Below the pieces are notes generated by a model. The model had not been told where the DNA came from. It saw only the letters and a list, made by a program, of their open reading frames with translations, and did no database searches. Positions 1-12,679 of a stretch of 64,000 bases of DNA are shown piece after piece (positions within the stretch are counted from its first letter, which is position 1; each line of letters begins with the position of its first letter). Position numbers and translations under genes: made by a program. This DNA comes from Paramecium tetraurelia (taxonomy: Eukaryota). Where the stretch lies: NCBI GenBank assembly GCA_000165425.1, contig CT868017.1, positions 124,001-188,000 of the forward strand, in the 5' to 3' direction.

Positions 1-98
1 TAAAAAATAATTCTTAAGAATACTCAATTTATTCCATTCAGAATTTCCTGAAATAAAAATATTAAATTAACTCTGATTTAGTTTTGGAATATTTATAT

Positions 99-1560
99 AT
101 GAAATTTATTTTAATATTAGTCTTCACATTCGGCCTGAATGCCTTAATGCTGAGAAGTGTGAATGAAAAATTAACAGAGCATGTAATACAGGTAATTGAA
201 CCGTATTATTTAAGTAAATACGTGAATAAGTGAAGAATCCATTGAGCCAAAATTACCACTCAGCATATGATAGATTGGCTTATTATGTTGATACCTTTGG
301 TCCTAGATTATGGGGATCAGAGAATATGGCAGACGCAGTTGACGCACTCTATAAGGATATTCAGACAATGGGATTTGACAGAACTTGGAAAGAAAATCTA
401 GGAGAGATTACATCATGGAGGAGAGGAGAAGAAAGTGTTACATTGTTTGATCCGAGAGAAATACCTCAGAAATTGAATATGATTGGATTGGGATGGACTC
501 CTGCTGGAAGTGTAAAGGCTGAAGTGGAAGTGGTTCATTCATTTGAGGAATTGAAATCGAAGGATGTGAAAGGAAAGATTGTATGTTACAATTTTGAATG
601 GAATGGATATGATTCTGGTGTGGCATTCAGATATGCAGGACCTGTAGAGGCAGAAAAGGCAGGAGCTATTGGTACAATGATCAGAAGTGTGGCAAGTGTA
701 TCAATTGCATCACCACATACAGTATATATTTTGTTAGAATTTCAAGGGAATGACGGATTATGACAATATCAAATATCCAGCAGTTGCAATTACTGTTGAG
801 GATGCAGATATGCTAGACAGGATGAGATAAAGAGGCTAAACGGTAGTAGTGGAGATCAAAACAGAAGGATAGTAATATAAAACAACAAGCGATAATGTCA
901 TTGCAGAAATCAAAGGATCTAAATATCCAGACGAGATCTTGTTAATGGGTGGTCATTGGGATTCATGGGATGTTGGATCATAAACAGGAGCCAATGATGA
1001 TGGTGGTGGTGTTATTGTCTGTTTAGAGACATTAAGAGTCTTAAATTCATTGGGAATTAGACCAAAGAGAACATTAAGGTTCATTGCTTGGAGTGGTGAA
1101 GAGATGGGCTAGTACAACAATGGAGCAGTTCATTATGCTCGTAATCATGGCAAAGAAAATCATATAATTGCTTTCGAATCTGATTTAGGATCAACCAAAC
1201 CATATGGATTTGGTATAACAGCTGGATAGCAATTTACGTAATTTTTATGCTTACAAAATTCTTAGATAATTGGTAACATATTTGGCTTAAGAATATTTAA
1301 CTGGTATTGGAGCAGAACGCATCTTTCCAAATGATGGAGAAGCTGTAGATAGTGGAATTTTAGCTGAATTCACTGGAACTCCTATGTTGAATAATCGAAT
1401 TGCTGACAACAAAAATCATGATTACTATTTCACTTATCATCACACTGCCGGTGATTCTATGTGGATGATGAATCCAGAAGATATGGATGATAATGTAGTT
1501 GCTATTGCCAGTATCATGTATTTGATTGCTGATTATGATGGACCCATTCCAAAAGATTGA
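99..1560 (+). CDS. Secreted M28 metallopeptidase, carboxypeptidase Q-like
   Basis: Signal-peptide-like MKFILILVFTFGLNAL; motifs DTFGPRLWGS, GGHWDSWDVG, GANDDGGG, WSGEEMG, FESDLG, YFTYHHTAGD; 3 tiny introns; TGA 1558-1560. Confidence 0.9.
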
Positions 1561-2022
1561 GTAAATTAAATGTTGTTAAATTAAATGAATATTATATTCC
1601 TCATAGTTTTCTTTTATATATCAATTTTAATTATATGGACACTTTTTTAATGTTTGTTTTAAGATTTGTTAATATTTAGAAGGGTAGCTCTCTATTTTTA
1701 TATCTATTAATAAAACACTATCCATCTAATATTTTTTATTAAATCTTAAATTTATTAAGATATCATTACTAGGAGTGTATTTTATAAGAATATAGATTTA
1801 AAGTTATATCAAATGATTATTAACTGCTGTGTACCTTAATAAAACGTTAAGAATTCTCGAATAAATAACAGTTCAGTGAAAACTATTTCAGTGTTTTATA
1901 ATTTTAATTTCCTTTAGATTTAATATTCATATAATATATATAAAAGAATTATGAAATTATATGACCTTTTCATAATTTTTAACCCAACTAAATTGATTCA
2001 ATAATTGATATAAATTTATTTT

Positions 2023-4674
2023 TCATTCAAATTCAGGGTTGCATAATTTCATTAACAATTCTCTATCTGGCTTTAGAGTAACATTTAATTAACTAGCTCT
2101 TTACTTATACTTGGTACACGGCTCAAAATTTTTAATATTTTAAATCTTTGGAAAATATTGATGTCCGATTTGTTCATCTTCTTCTAATTGAATCAATTCT
2201 CTGAACAAATTTTCTTTTTTTTTTTTATCTATCTCACATACTTAGGTTTGAATGAGACAACCAACTGGTCTGTGATCAGAGACTTGAAAATTACCTTAAA
2301 TTCTATCATACCATTCAACTGAATGAATGGCTACTTTCTAAATCTTTTTGAGCAGAATTCTATCAGTAAATGAAGGGACTCTTTTTTTGACTGTGTCATA
2401 GATTTCAGTTCCTATGTCATACTTATAAGTAGGTAAAAATTAAATATCAGCTTCGTGAAATTGCTTTAAGTATTAAGATTTTAATTTTTCTAGATGCATC
2501 TAATCGTACTCTTTTAATACTTAGAATTTAATACCTTTTAAATGTTTCAAAATGGCTTCTTTCTATTCTTGGTTTTATATATTTTGATAGTTAGAGATGC
2601 TGGCTACGACTGATTATTGTGCTAGATTGATTCTGAAATTCATATCTCCAAATGTTATAACCCAATCGCATTAATTTAATTCAGCTCTATTATGGATATA
2701 GTCAAATGCAGCCATTCTATCATCATTAGACTTTTGTCCAGCTGGCAAATGCACATTGACAAAACAGATGTTACTGTCATAAAATCTCAGTTTAATGATC
2801 TATGTATTATATATTATCTTTACCACTCCTCCTTTGTTGCCTAATGATTATCCAAATCCATATTTGACAATTTCAGTTTTGACATTTGAAATGTGCAGTT
2901 TTTCATCATCTAACACAAACACTAAGATGAAAGTACCGACCATAACTTATTGAGCTGCTAAAACATACTTTGCTTTAGTATTCAGACAATTATATAATAT
3001 CTATTTCCAATTTTCAATGACATCTCTATTCTACCGACCAACTACAGTCAGAGTATTAAGTTTGACTAATTCTTGAAATCCTATAGCCACAATGTGAGGA
3101 GGAGTTTAGAATTGAAAGAGCTAACTATACAAAGACTTATCATTGGGTTAATGAGCATTGATGTTCCAAGTAACAACATAAACACTCTTCTACAACAATT
3201 ATGTGTATTCATTTTCTCTCTTTTTCATAGTTCTTTCTAACATCATAATATTTTCATTGGCCTAACTCTCCGATATTGGGAATCCAAGTGCTCTGTGAAT
3301 AACTTCTTTCAATTATTTTTCCTCAACCATGTTTTTATAAAATTGATTCAAATCACTATTCTATTATCCAACCTTATAAATTAATCTCAATTGATCTCCA
3401 TTTTCCATCCATTTCGATTTGAAATAGAGGAGGAAAGGATGTATATTGTGAATACTTGGGATGTCCAAATCAACGTAGAGATTCTAAGCATCAAATTCCT
3501 ATAAGATGTCAACTTTGAAAGTTTATAAGATTTTTTAAACTCCCATCATGGCAACTTTGGCCATCACAATATTAGTTTGATCCAAACAATCATAACAGTT
3601 GATCCTCATGATATTTTGCTATCTATGTCCTAAAGTGGATGAGTAATCAACACATTCATTCAGTTTTTCTAGGTATTTATTGATACTATCCAAATCCTTA
3701 TTGAGAAATGCTGACTTGAAATTGAATTTATAGATAGACATTTACTCTGACTCAGTTAGATATCTGTCTAATTGATTTGGGAGTTATGAACCATCATCAA
3801 CTAAATTGATAAAATGGATTTTGATGAAATTGGACAATAGAATTTGAAAGTGCTTATTCATCGCCTTTTTTGGGTCTTCTTAACTCATTACAATTTAATT
3901 ATTAAAGATGTTGTATTACCAAAAGAGAGGAATACTACCCCTACACAAAATCTATTTAGCCTTTTCGTTGTTCATGTAGACCAATTGCTCAGTCTCAGTG
4001 TAATTGGCAACATTCCCTTCAGTGTCTATGCCAGTGTCATTCCGTATCGACCCTCCTTTATAAAAGGATCTACGACTGATTAGACAATATTGAATTTGAT
4101 TCAAATTTCTTAAGGTTATTGAGAAGATCCCAACATAACCTTGTATGATCTTCAATTGCCATTCAGGTGGAAACATCTTACAAAGATTGCTGTTCCACCA
4201 AAATCGATTATGCTGATAATTTGATTGATTAGTCAAATCTATTCCATAACTAAAATAAAAAGAGTTGATGAAGAGATTCTTCACCTTCTCTAATTGATCC
4301 TTCTCAAAAATGTCATGTTCAGGCTCTTAATGTTTCTACAATAATTAATTAGAATACCTTGTCTACAAATCCCACTTTAGTAATCTGATAGATTGGCCAT
4401 CCTTCCAATATCCCAATCATATCTGCATCCTCTATAAACAATAGCACGGGCTTCCCGCTTACTTCGAATATACCCAAAATACCAAAAATCTTTCTGGGTT
4501 GAAAACTCTAATCGAATTTTTCTTTACTTTCCCACATTTTCATGTTTCCTCTATCAATGATCAACTTGTTAGAAATTCGAGTTAATTGAAAGTCAGGATC
4601 TATCTAGGGTTTCTTTAAATTTGTACAATCATCTTATTAGGAGTGAGGGTTAAACTCATTAATGCTTGATTCAT
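2023..4674 (-). CDS. Synaptojanin/INP5x-like protein: Sac1 domain plus inositol polyphosphate 5-phosphatase
   Basis: Sac1 motifs [33 protein letters not shown]; 5-phosphatase motifs [43 protein letters not shown]. Confidence 0.9.
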
Positions 4675-4681
4675 AATTATC

Positions 4682-4714
4682 TATATATATTTATATATAT
4701 ATATATATATATAT
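4682..4714. repeat. (TA)n microsatellite just upstream of the synaptojanin-like start codon
   Basis: tatatatatttatatatatatatatatatatat seen directly. Confidence 0.85.
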
Positions 4715-4736
4715 TTAAACATCAACAATCTCTTCT

Positions 4737-5176
4737 TCAATAACTTTATATAAAATTATTTCATTTATACCTAGATGATGATGAAGAATCCGATTGAGAA
4801 TCTGATGATGAACTTGCCTTTTAATTATTTCCAACCAGTGAGTTCTTAAAGTATCTATGAATTATAACATTTTTTAATACTTGCTGCTTTGGATCAGTGC
4901 TTCTTCATTATCACTAACCACAATAAAGTGACTTTGTATTAGCTCTCTCAATGCTGATTGTGTTATTTTAACTCGTTTATCATTCTAGTATTACTGCTTT
5001 TCCGAGACTTTCTTGTGGTTTTCTTGTTTTTTAACTACTGTCTTTTAAACCTTGGGAACTGGAGTTTTCTATTCTCTTAACAGCTCCTTCGTTACTACCG
5101 ACATCACTCCATTCACAGACATTACACGTTTGCGTTTCCCATCAACTACTTTAGATTTGTCACTCACTTCTTTCAT
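4737..5176 (-). CDS. Hypothetical Lys/Ser-rich protein
   Basis: Open in code 6 from MKEVSDKSKVVDGKRKR to a Ser-rich tail, with tiny GT..AG introns; no recognisable domain. Confidence 0.55.
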
Positions 5177-5308
5177 GTATGATATTATAATGAATCAAAA
5201 TTATTGCTTCATTAATCGCTGAATAATGAAAATCCCATTTATTGCACACGCCAATTAATCATAAATTCGCTTTATAATTTATATTTTATTATATTATAGT
5301 TAATTCTC

Positions 5309-5632
5309 ATGCTAAATCCTTCCATTTCAAAGTCCTTAGGCGTTTTCCAATTATTAATTTAAACCTATTTTGGAACTTCACTCCTTTTCAACAATCCAGA
5401 TATCAAGGACTAAGGTTCTGTTCAAAATCTCCAGAACTTCTTCGTCTCTCCAGAATATTCTAAAAATACTTTGCCATTTTTTAATCTTCATAAATGCAAC
5501 CTCAATTTTGCCTTGAACAACTCACTTGATCATTGTAATTAAATTGACTGGAATTTCAATGCTAAGTTTTAAATACGATTGCATTAAACAAAACAGAGTA
5601 GCATTTAAGATTCTCATTTGAAAGTACATTGA
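5309..5632 (+). CDS. Hypothetical 107-aa protein
   Basis: Intronless code-6 ORF MLNPSISKSLGVFQLL...DSHLKVH*. Confidence 0.5.
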
Positions 5633-5682
5633 TTATATATTTAATTATTTAATGTTAATTAAAATGATTACAATTCACAAAT

Positions 5683-6209
5683 TCATTAAGTTTTCTTGTC
5701 TTTTGCATTCACTTTATTCATATATTCATGTTTATCGATAGCATATTTTTTAGTATAATATTGAGCAATTGATTTGTATCCAATTAGATCATTGGCTCTA
5801 AGTAAATTTGCTGCATCACAATTCAACGGGCTGTCTGGATTGGGTTCTTAGAGCATTAATCTAACTGCTCGAATAATACTTTCAATTGTCCATCTTGGCT
5901 CCCATTTTTAGGAGAGTACTTCTAAACACACTTCTCCCGTGTCCATATGAACATTAGGATGAAATATTCTTGTTTGAAAATGAAGTGTAGGGGCTGAGAT
6001 TGGATAATTTTGCGGAATGGAAACTTTAATCTAGTTTCATCGAGTGATATTACTTTAAAGATTCCATTCTCAAATGGAGTGTCTTCTGGACCGAATAAGT
6101 AGACAGACCAATTTAGTAGATCAGTCTCGTTGACTTAAATAATCATAGTGGGGTCATTTAACTTTTATAGGTCATGTTGTTCCTTCATTAGTCGAGGTCT
6201 GCAAATCAT
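5683..6209 (-). CDS. PEX4: Ubiquitin-conjugating enzyme E2, peroxin-4-like
   Basis: RLMKE, GPEDTPFENG, IFHPNV..TGEVCLEVL (catalytic Cys), and a PEX4-type tail PDSPLNCDAANLLRANDLIGYKSIAQYYT. Confidence 0.8.
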
Positions 6210-6626
6210 CAATTTATATATTATTAATGGCAGATTTAAACAAAAACAAAAAGCCTATTTTAACATCAATCAGTTTGAATGAAAAACGATCAATCATAAG
6301 ATAATAGAAATCTCCAAAGAATAACAAAAATGCCATTCGACTCTGAGAAATATGTTGAAAGGGAAATGATGTGAAGATGGAAAAGAAATATAATGATTTG
6401 GTATGGAAATTGCAAACATTATTCCTGGAGATCAATAATAGTTATTATGTAAGTATTGTAACATAAAACAGGATATTAATGAAAAGATTGAATAGAAAAT
6501 CAGATGAATTTGGATATAAAACGCTATGGAGGAGATGAAGAGAGAATTCACATTTGCAATAGATAAGATAATTCTAATCATTAATCTACTAGGCATTAAG
6601 GTTGATGTATATAATAAATGCATATA

Positions 6627-7862
6627 TCACAACTTTAAGTATGAAATTAATAGTTTATGAAGTGGAGTCCTTTCAAAGGCTCTTATGTCATTCATCATTA
6701 ATATTTGTTGATTCAATAATTTTTGTCTAAGTATTTCCAATTATTCTTTCATGCATTGATTTAAATATAATTAGCTAGTTTTTAATTGCTCAAGGAATTT
6801 TTTAAAGTTCTTCTTTTAAATTTGGTTTTTATTCATTCTTTCATCCAAACTTTTATTCAGTAAAGATCGATTTGATTCTTTTTCTCTGAAAGTGAATCTC
6901 ATTCTATTTAAATTCCACAATTATCTTTTTTCATAAATAGTTTCTTTTCTTTGAGATTCACTTTTGTTAACTAAATCCATGACTTCTTTCTCCTTCCTTG
7001 ATTTTATAGTTCTGTTTTGCATAATAATACGATATAAGTTGAAAAATTGCATTCTCAAAGGATCTGATTTACAATTCACATCTTTTCGCAACATATCTAA
7101 TATAATTTTTTCTTTAACTTGCTGCAAATTTAATTATTTGAATGGTTATCTATGACCTTAATAAGATGAATTTCGTCCTGATTATAAGATTTTTGAACTT
7201 ATTAATTTGATATTAAGATTAGGGTTATCATTCTAACCAAGAGTTATGTAGTGTTCTAGTTCTTAATTTTACACTTCCTTATTATAGGAACTAAAGCGCA
7301 ATTCATTGACATAAGACTTGTGTCTTGAAACTAGTTCTTTCTGATTGTCTTCAAGTCTTAACATGATGTTGGATATCCTTTTTTTATTTTCGTGACTTGT
7401 TCTAATCATTAATTCTCTTGTTCGACCATCCAAAAATTCCTAAACATCTTTCGTAACCAAAATCATACTTGAACATCAGGTATGTCATCGGTTTTGGGAA
7501 CTGATTCCTGCAAATCTCCAAGCCAGACAGAATTGTCTCTGGAGGCAGAAGTTTATTTTCTTTTATTTTTCACCAACTGCACTCTTTATTAATGAATGTT
7601 CTTACTCATGTTCCTACTTTTTGATGTATTTCAATAGACTGTTGTTGGTTGCTGTTGAAGGTAGTTGAAGATCCTCCTGAAAATTGAGAGCATCATAAAC
7701 TCTCTCCATATCCACGCTTGGTTGTGTTTAGATTCTCAAATCGTTTTGCCTTTTGTTTCTTCTGGTCGTTTGCTTACTTTACAATTATTCATACAAAGCT
7801 AAATATAATTTGAATCACAATATACGATCATTAGTTATATCAATGTTATAACTTCTTTTCAT
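6627..7862 (-). CDS. Hypothetical protein
   Basis: Continuous code-6 frame after removing three 22-29 nt introns; MKRSYNIDITND...LISYLKL*. Confidence 0.6.
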
Positions 7863-7871
7863 TAATAATAA

Positions 7872-8864
7872 ATGAAATAAAATTATTATCGATAATAAAG
7901 AGGATCAGCTGGTGCAACATCCAATATAGTGCCTCCTCTGTAAATCAAGAGACAACAGAGCACCAATAAAATTGCAGCATAGCCATCCATGGGGAGTCAT
8001 CTGAGAGAAATAATGAAATAGCAATTTGTTCCAACCACCTCCACCAATAACATTTAAAACGAAATCATAAGATCACAAGAAACATATTTGCAGGAAGTGC
8101 CAGTTGAATTGCAAGACATTAAAATGTATCAAATTTTAAACGTTCTTGGACATGGAGCAACTGCTGAAGTAAAAATGGCAAGGCACAAGATGTTGGATTT
8201 TGTTGTAGCTATTAAGATATATGGAAGCAATGCCAATATTCAACTGTTAGAGTAGGAAGTTCTAATTTTGTAATTACTATCACACCCCAACATAATTAAA
8301 TTGTATTACCAATTGAAAACCACTCAGAGCATCTATTTGATCTAAGAATACTTTTCACCCATGACCTTAGACACCTATTTGAAAGGGAGAACAATCAAGA
8401 GGTTGAGTGAGGACCAAGCTAAAATTATCGGCAAACAATTAAGGAATGCAATTACATATTTACATAGTTTAAACATCATTCATAGAGATTTGAAATTAGA
8501 AAATATTCTAATAGATCCTTCAACCTTGAAAATCAAGTTGATTGACTTTGGATACTCCATCTAGACTGATAAGGAACTGTCTATTTAATGTGGGACTCAT
8601 TAGTATATGGCACCAGAATTAATTAAACAACAGAACTATGATAACAAAGTTGATGTTTGGGCATGCGGAGTTATCTTATTTAGATTGCTAACTGGGTTAT
8701 TCCCATTTAAGGGCAATAATGATGCGGAATTGAACAAGAAGATTATAGCTGGTAAATTGGAGTTCCCATCTTTTATGAATGGGAGTTCAAAAACACTGTT
8801 GCAAGGAATGCTTAATGTTAATAGTCAATAAAGGACTTTAATTGGTTCAGATTTTCTTTAATGA
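7872..8864 (+). CDS. Ser/Thr protein kinase (CAMK/AMPK-MARK-like)
   Basis: LGHGATAEVK, VAIK, HRDLKLEN, DFG, CGTHQYMAPE, DVWACGV. Confidence 0.92.
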
Positions 8865-8891
8865 TAATTTATTTAATTTATATTCAGTTAT

Positions 8892-10943
8892 ATGTTTCAA
8901 AATAAAATAGAGTAATCAAAAACAGCATTCTTTTGGGATGTATTCAAATGATTTCAAATTTAGATCCTATTGGGCACTTATTCCCCTCAATTACCACATC
9001 CCTCATTTAACGAAATAAATAAGACATCAGTCGACCAGCCACAATATCGCACTTTGAAAATGGATATTCCACGGACTCGTTCTCAATTACTACAACCTCA
9101 AATGCATGGCATTCTAGAAAAAATAATTGTTTTCTTTTGTTAATAGGAAAATATTAGTTACAAACAAGGAATGAATGAAATATTTGCTGTTGTAGCGGTC
9201 TTTAATGAAAGTGGACTTTCCTGGGAAAAGGTCTATGAGTATGCTCGTAAAATCATACTCGATAACAACTTCTTTAAAGACGAAGAGTTCTTGTCATTGC
9301 AAGTTGCCTTCTAATGGATAAATTTGCTACTTAAATTTCACGATTTCCAATTGTACGATTATTTGGATAAGAATCTACTCTCACCAGAACTATATGCTAC
9401 ACCTTGGCTGTTAACTCTATTCGCCAATAAAATGTCCTTAGAATGCACTTATCTGCTTTGGGAGATGCTCTACATCAAGAAGGATTAATTAATGATATAT
9501 TACTTCGTGATTGCAGTTCTCATTTTCTTCAGAGAGAAATTGCTATCAATTGATTCCTCACTCTTGCCACAAACCTTGAGTGGAATCTACATAGACAACG
9601 TTGAAATACTGAAGAACATCTATAAAAAGTAACCATTGTGTTTATAAATAGAGCAGTTGATTTAAAATTGAATACTCCTTCATCTGCCTGTATTCCCACC
9701 AAGATATTTGACTTACCAAAAGAAGAACTTAAGATTCTCATGGATTACTATTAACAACTTGATTGTTTGACTCTTCATTACACAGAATCATTAAAATTAG
9801 AGACCAATTATTGTAGATTATGTTCCAATAATGGATGTGTGCAATGTAGACTTGTGCGAATGCCTCCTGAAATGAAATGTTTCATCTATTCCAACAAACA
9901 TCTATAAGACCTAGTTCAATATGTTGGAGGCTCCATTAAACAATACAAACTGGTAGACAAGGTCCAGAATCACTAAAATTTAATATAGATCATCAAATAC
10001 TCTAAGTTTCAATCTGAATAACAAATTTAACAGAGCTATATATGTTTTTAACAGTAATAATCAAACTGTCAGAATACTGAAGAAGATACTATAAGCACCA
10101 GGTCTTAAAATAGTTTATACAGTTCTTAGATTATTGTTCCTTTTAAATTCAATAAATTACAATTGCAATAGTAATTGTAAAAGTAACCAGATGATTAATT
10201 TGATTCGATGCGATCTCAGGAATAATCCAATAGACAATAATCTGTATCATATAGATAATCATCCATTATTGAATGTAACATTTTACAGAATATACATTTA
10301 AATAATACATCGCCGGTGGAGATTCAGCCACTCATTTTAAAGAAGGATTCCAGAGCGAATTCTTTGAAATAAGATCCCATCAAAAGATACGAAAATAAAG
10401 GGTTATTTAAAAAGATGATTGTGGACATCAATATGTTGAATAACATCAAATTTCACATTTTTAGATGCAAACTGATTGGTACCTAAAAACAAAGAATATT
10501 GGTCTTGAATCAGGGATTCATCTGTTTAGTTAAAGAAGATAAATAAGTGTTTTCGAAATTACAGGGAATCTAATAATTGAAGCCAAAGTTACCCCTCAAA
10601 ACGGAGCAATAGAATCAAGCCATTTAGATTTAATACCTGTATTACATGATATTCCTTAAACGAATCAGCAGCAAACGACTCAATAGCAATGTGATCTCAT
10701 TCTACTTCAAACAGCCAATTGTGAATGTAACTATTTGTTTAATCTTAGTCACAACAAAACATTAATAATCGCTTTTTTAATCTGTTTAAGGAATTTCATA
10801 TGAATGTAGACAATGATTATATAAATGAAGCAAAAAGAATGATTAAGACAGAATACAAAATAACTCTGGAGATGTTAACAACTCAAGAAGCTTAAAATTG
10901 TATAGAAATGGGTAAACAATATTACAAGCAATGCTAATTTTGA
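8892..10943 (+). CDS. TBC (Rab-GAP) domain protein, TBC1D23-like architecture
   Basis: MDIPRTR, ISYKQGMNEI, PELYATPWLLTLFA, followed by a long C-terminal extension. The TBC1D23 assignment is inference. Confidence 0.75.
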
Positions 10944-10958
10944 TATATAAACCCATTT

Positions 10959-12231
10959 TCAATTTAATTTTACTCTCTTTTTCTCTTCTATTTCAAATTT
11001 TAATAAGTCGCCATAATCCACTTCTTAATTACTTTTGTTATCTCTCTATGGAGATTACTCCTTCGTCTGTTGTTTGGCTTAGTTCCTTTCGTCTTTAATC
11101 AATTTCTAAAACTTTTAAGAAACCATTGGTTACGGCCTATATTACACTTTGTCACTTCTATGCTACTGTAGTCTGATATCATTTTTCAAAAGAGTTTCAT
11201 GAAATTCTTTGTCAAATTGAGGCATCTCGTTTTGTTAACAAGGCTTTGGGTCCTGCTTAAAGAATTCATGATTTAAAGCCTGGGCTGCATTCAGCCTTTT
11301 TGTGGGATCAAGTATCAGCAATTACTCAATCAGATCTAAGGTAACTTAATCGATCTATTTATTCTAGATTTGACATAGTTCCTTGATATGTTTAGTAAGT
11401 AATCTCTCGTAGTTTCTTCGAGGCTTGAATTCCTCCCACTGTCTTAAGTTGACGCAATTAGGCCAATTCTATTCGTTAGCACTACCGCATAATTCATAGA
11501 TCTTCTCCATTTGGCGGTACTCAATATCCCCTTTGAAAAGAACATCTCCGGTTATTAATTCTGTAAATATGCAACCAAGACTCCACATATCAATCTAAGT
11601 GTTATAATTAGTTTATCCTAATAGAAGTTCTGGGGCTCTGTACCAAAGGGTTACTACCTTGTATGTGTATTTGGGATTGCTCACATTAGACAATGTTCTG
11701 GCCAAACCAAAATCAGCCAATGTCACTTATCCTTTATTATTCATTAAAATATTAGCACATTTCAAATCTCTATGTATAATTTTACTGTCATGAAGATATT
11801 TAACACCTTCTAAGAGTTGTTTAAAGATGCATTTTAATTATGGTAATGTGAATATATTTCGTTGTCTATGGAGACCAGCAAAATCATGATCGTAATAGTC
11901 AAAAACCAAGAAGGTTGAACCTCTGAAATTATTCCTATGAGATGCTTTGCTTACAATGATTTCCCTTAATCTTAGAATGTTTTTGTGATTCATTATTTTT
12001 AACAATTTGATTTCTCTTATGGCTGTTATAGGGAATCCTAAAGTATAGTGATAACCAATGATTACCTTCTGCCATAATTTTTTGATCCTTTGTATCAATT
12101 TTCTTAAGAGCTACGAAATCATTTGTTTTTAAACATTTCGCCTTATACACTTTCCCATAAGTTCCAGAACCTACTTCTGCAATCACCTTATAATATTTAT
12201 TCACGTTTTTAGTTCGACAAGGCACTTGCAT
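10959..12231 (-). CDS. Transcriptional cyclin-dependent kinase with PITAIRE motif (CDK12/13, CDKC or CDK9 group)
   Basis: [62 protein letters not shown]. Confidence 0.92.
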
Positions 12232-12463
12232 AAAGATAAAGAAATTAATATAAATAAAAAAAGTGACTGCAATCCCAATTTAGATTCTTACAATAGTATC
12301 TCTCCACTTGACTGCATTTCACAACTTCACTTGATATTCTTTTGTCTGTGAACCTCACAGCATACATAATCTAGATTTTTTCATCATTTAAATTCATGTC
12401 GACATGTAGGAATATGTGTGGTATAACATTATGTTATATTATAATACAAAACGAATTAGACTT

Positions 12464-12658
12464 TCATTATTTATTCTTTATATTCGTAACGACTTGATCA
12501 AATGGATTCTAAGACTGTTATTGAGTTTGGACAGGTTATTGATATTGCTATTCGAATTGTGGTTGTGGACTGCCAAATATTGATCTAATTAGGAAGTGCA
12601 TACCAAAAACACCTATTCCAACTCCTATAAAGGATACAGCAAAATGCTTGATACTCAT
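12464..12658 (-). CDS. 64-aa single-pass membrane microprotein
   Basis: MSIKHFAVSFIGVGIGVFGMHFLIRSIFGSPQPQFEQQYQQPVQTQQQSQNPFDQVVTNIKNKQ*; divergent from the next gene. Confidence 0.55.
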
Positions 12659-12679
12659 TCTGTTATTTTAATTAATATT

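Noticed and set aside
6228..6626. Plus-strand frame with several in-frame TGA codons (selenoprotein or readthrough?)
   Set aside because: No redox motif or SECIS seen; tiny introns or decay explain it equally well and no reliable gene model could be built.
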